Source of the DNA: Eledone cirrhosa
Taxonomy: Eukaryota
NCBI GenBank assembly: GCA_964016885.1
Contig: CAXHJY010000860.1
Coordinates: 434,001-498,000, forward strand
Direction: 5' to 3'
DNA: 64,000 bases
Position 1 is the first letter of the stretch, and each line of letters starts with the position of its first letter. The position numbers and the translations under genes were made by a program. The notes under the pieces are model-generated. The model was not told where the DNA came from. It worked only from the letters and a program-made list of their open reading frames with translations, and did no database searches. Shown here piece by piece: positions 59,990 to 64,000 of the stretch.

Positions 59990-61350
59990 CTCTCTCTCTC
60001 TCCACCATCACCACATAACATCTCTCTAATCTCTCTCTCTCTCAGCATCACCACATAACATCTCTCTAATCTCTCTATTTCTCTCTCTCTCAGCATCTCC
60101 CTCTATCTCTCTCTCTCCACCATCACCGCATAACATCTCTCTATCTATCTCTCTCTCAGCATCTCTCTCTATCTCTCTCTATCTCTCTCAGCATCTCTCT
60201 CTCTCTGTCTCTCCACCATCACCACATAACATCTCTATCTACCTCTCTCAGCATCTCTCTCTATCTCTCTCTCCACCATCACCACATAACATCTCTCTAT
60301 CTCTCTCTCGGCAACTCTCTCTCTCTCTCTCTCTCTCGACCATCACCACATAACATCTCCCTCTACCTCTCTCAGCATCTCTCTCTAATCTCTCTCTCTC
60401 TCTCAGCATCTCTCTCTATCTCTCTCAGCATCTCTCTCTCTCTCTCCACCATCACCACATAACATCTCTCTCTACCTCTCTCAGCATCTCTCTCTATCTC
60501 TCTCTCTCAGCATCTCTCTCTATCTCTCTCAGCATCTCTCTCTCTCTCTCCACCATCACCACATAACATCTCTCTCTACCTCTCTCAGCATCTCTCTCTA
60601 TCTCTCTCAGCATCTATCTCTCTCTCTCCACCATCACCACATAACATCTCTCTCTACCTCTCTCAGCATCTCTCTCTATCTCTCTCTCTCAGCATCTCTC
60701 TCTATCTCTCTCAGCATCTCTCTCTCTCTCTCCACCATCACCACATAACATCTCTCTCTACCTCTCTCAGCATCTCTCTCTATCTCTCTCAGCATCTCTC
60801 TCTCTCTCTCTCCACCATCACCACATAACATCTCTCTCTACCTCTCTCAGCATCTCTCTCTATCTCTCTCTCTCAGCATCTCTCTCTATCTCTCTCAGCA
60901 TCTCTCTCTCTCCACCATCACCACATAACATCTCTCTCTACCTCTCTCAGCATCTCTCTCTATCTCTCTCAGCATCTCTCTCTCTCTCTCCACCATCACC
61001 ACATAACATCTCTCTCTACCTCTCTCAGCATCTCTCTCTATCTCTCTCTCTCAGCATCTCTCTCTATCTCTCTCAGCATCTCTCTCTCTCTCTCCACCAT
61101 CACCACATAACATCTCTCTCTACCTCTCTCAGCATCTCTCTCTATCTCTCTCAGCATCTCTCTCTCTCTCCACCATCACCACATAACATCTCTCTCTACC
61201 TCTCTCAGCATCTCTCTCTATCTCTCTCAGCATCTCTCTCTCTCTCCACCGTTCACCACATAACATCTCTCTCTACCTCTCTCAGCATCTCTCTCTCTCT
61301 CTCTCAGCATCTCTATCTCTCTCTCTCTCTCAGCATATATATCTCTCTCT
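59990..61350. repeat. (CT)-based minisatellite with ~75-105 bp variable units
   Basis: caccatcaccacataacatctctc...cagcatctctc recurring about 15 times. Confidence 0.92.
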
Positions 61351-61431
61351 CTATATCTATCTATCCCCCTCCTCCCTAACCACCTCTCTAACACCACCGT
61401 TCACCACATTTTTTTCTTCTGTTGTTATTGT

Positions 61432-61440
61432 GACTACTAT

Positions 61441-61471
<31 letters not shown>

Positions 61472-61985
61472 GCTAATATTACTACTACTACTGCTTCTAT
61501 TACTACTACTACTGCTACTATTACTACTACTACCACTACCACTACCACCACCACCACCACCACCACCACCACCACCACCACCACTACATCTACTACTACC
61601 ACCACCACCACATCTACTACCACCACCAACACATCTACTACTACCACCACCACATCTACTACTACCACCACCACCACATCTACTACTACCACCACCACAT
61701 CTACTACTACCACCACCACCACCACATCTACTACTACCACCACCACATCTACTACTACCACCACCACCACATCTACTACTACCACCACCACATCTACTAC
61801 TACCACCACCACATCTACTACTACCACCACCACCACATCTACTACTACCACCACTACATCTACTACTACCACCACTACATCTACTACTATCACCACTACA
61901 TCTACTACTACCACCACTACATCTACTACTATCACCACTACATCTACTACTACCACGACTACATCTACTACTACCACCACTACAT

Positions 61986-62019
<34 letters not shown>

Positions 62020-62020
62020 C
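61432..62020. repeat. (ACT/ACC)n tract with 21/24-bp acatctactactaccaccacc units
   Basis: Triplet-phased repeat; reads poly-Thr/Ser in one frame. Confidence 0.9.
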
Positions 62021-62034
62021 CCAACATTTGTGAA

Positions 62035-64000
62035 TTGCGATACAGGTACGCCAGATGTGTACTTAATGAAATGCAGGTGTGTTAGGTGTAGCTATGTTGC
62101 GATGATGATGATAGAGGTGTAGCTCTGTTGTTAATTAGATACAGGTGTATCTATGTTAATGAGACACAGGTAAGAATATGTAATTAATGATATACATACG
62201 TGGACGTGTGGTTAATTAGGCACAGGTGAGGCTGTGTTAATGAGACAGGTATGGTTGTGTAGTAGAGGTATGACTGTGTGATTAATGAAATACAGGTGGT
62301 TAATTAGGCACAGGTGTGGCTGTGTTAACGAGACAGGTATGTTTGTGTAGTAGAGGTATGACTGTGTGATTAATGAAATACAGGTGGTTAATGATGTCCA
62401 GGTGTGGCTGTGTTAATGAGACAGGTATGGTTGTGTAGTAGAAGTATGACTGTGTGATTAATGAAATGCAGGTGGTTAATTAGGCACAGGTGTGGCTGTG
62501 TTAATGAGACACATGTATGGTTGTGTAGTAGAGGTATGACTGTGTGATTAATGAAATACAGGTGGTTAATGATGTCCAGGTGTGGCTGTTGTCAAAAAGT
62601 GCAGGTGCGACTGTATAATGAATAGGATACAAGTGTGCCTGTGTGTTAACGAGATACAGGTATGGTTGTGTTGTAAAAAAAGTACAGGTGTGATAGGTGT
62701 AGTTAATGACATACAGGTGTAATGAAGTCCAGGTGTGACTGTGTGGGTAATGAGGTACAGGTGTGGCTTTATTGCAAAGAAGGTGCAGGTGTGACAGGTT
62801 TAGTTCATGAGATACAGGTATGACTCTAGTTGCTGAGATACAGGTACGACTCTGTGGTTAATGAGGGCCAGGTGTGGCTATAGTGTAAAAAGAAGTGCAG
62901 GTGTGACTATAGTGTAAAAAAAGTGCAGGTGTGACAGGCTTAGATAATGAGATATAGGGGTAACAGTGTATGACTATAGTATAAAAAGGTTCAGTTGTAT
63001 TTGTATTAATGACATACAGGTGTGGCGGTAGAATTAAGAAAGTACAGATATGAGTGAGTGTTTAATTAGGTCCAGGTGTGTCGTTGTTAATGAAATACAG
63101 GTATGACTATTGCAAAGAAAGTAGAGGCATGACAGGTGTGCTTAATGAGGTCAGGTGTGTTGATGTTAATGAAATACAGGTATGACTATTGCAAATAAAG
63201 TAGAGGTGTGACAGGTCTACTTAATGAGGTCCAGGTGTGTTGATGTTAATGAAATACAGGTATGGCTATTGCAAAGAAAGTAGAGGTGTGACAGGTGTGC
63301 TTAATGAGGTCCAGGTGTGTTGATGTTAATGAAATACAGGTATGACTATTTCAAAGAAAGTAGAGATGTGACAGGTCTACTTAATGAGGTCCAGGTGTGT
63401 TGGTGTTAATGAAATACAGGTATGACTATTTCAAAGAAAGTAGAGATGTGACAGGTCTACTTAATGAGGTCCAGGTGTGTTGATGTTAATGAAATACAGG
63501 TATGGCTATTGCAAAGAAAGTAGAGGTGTGAGAGGTGTGCTTAATGAGGTCCAGGTGTGTTGATGTTAATGAAATACAGGTATGACTATTGCAAAGAAAG
63601 TAGAGATGTGACAGGTGTGCTTAATGAGGTCCAGGTGTGTTGATGTTAATGAAATACAGGTATGACTATTGCAAAGAAAGTGGAGATGTGACAGGTGTAC
63701 TTAATGAGGTCAGGTGTGTTGATGTTAATGAAATACAGGTATGTCTGTATTGCAAAGAAAGTAGAGGTGTGACAGGTGTACTTAATGAGGTCCAGGTGTG
63801 TTAATGTTAATGAAATACAGGTATGTCTGTATTGCAAAGAAAGTAGAGGTGTGACAGGTGTACTTAATGAGGTCAGGTGTGTTGATGTTAATGAAATACA
63901 GGTATGACTGTATTGCAAAGAAAGTAGAGATGTGACAGGTGTACTTAATGAGGTCCAGGTGTGTTGATGTTAATGAAATACAGGTATGTCTATTGCAAAG
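62035..64000. repeat. Satellite: diverged caggt/taatga sub-repeats grading into a homogeneous 80-bp unit; runs off the window
   Basis: gatgttaatgaaatacaggtatgactattgcaaagaaagtagaggtgtgacaggtgtgcttaatgaggtccaggtgtgtt restarts near 63162, 63242, 63322, 63402, 63482, 63562 and 63642. Confidence 0.94.

Noticed and set aside
59860-59995. Signal-peptide-like ALIWTVLSLLLLLLLLLLQ
   Set aside because: The hydrophobic run comes from a (CTG)n repeat; no in-frame ATG or clear donor.
61430-62050. Thr-rich mucin-like exon ending PTFVNCDT with a CAG|GTACGC donor
   Set aside because: The apparent donor is the first gatacaggt module of the adjacent satellite, and there is no convincing acceptor; not excluded but unsupported.

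Overview
Eukaryotic, extremely microsatellite-rich DNA. The SINE families and (TA)/(CA)/(ACC) landscape look like an octopod cephalopod genome, an inference from recalled repeat families rather than a search. I can support no intact host protein-coding gene; almost every ORF in the supplied track is a translation of a simple repeat. The window holds compound microsatellites, several minisatellite/satellite arrays (70, 84, ~105, 36/51, 48 and 80 bp units) and tRNA-headed SINEs of two families. It also holds decayed non-LTR retrotransposons: two L1/Tx1-type, one RTE-type and a Penelope-like GIY-YIG remnant. The most striking unexplained signal is a dispersed set of minimal type-I hammerhead-ribozyme motifs: about 7 complete or near-complete, plus degenerate and half copies. 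They sit in short islands between (TA)n tracts, different families carry different palindromes in helix III, and several are associated with long fold-back inverted repeats that turn around at or near the ribozyme core. A second theme is satellites visibly arising from pieces of mobile elements.
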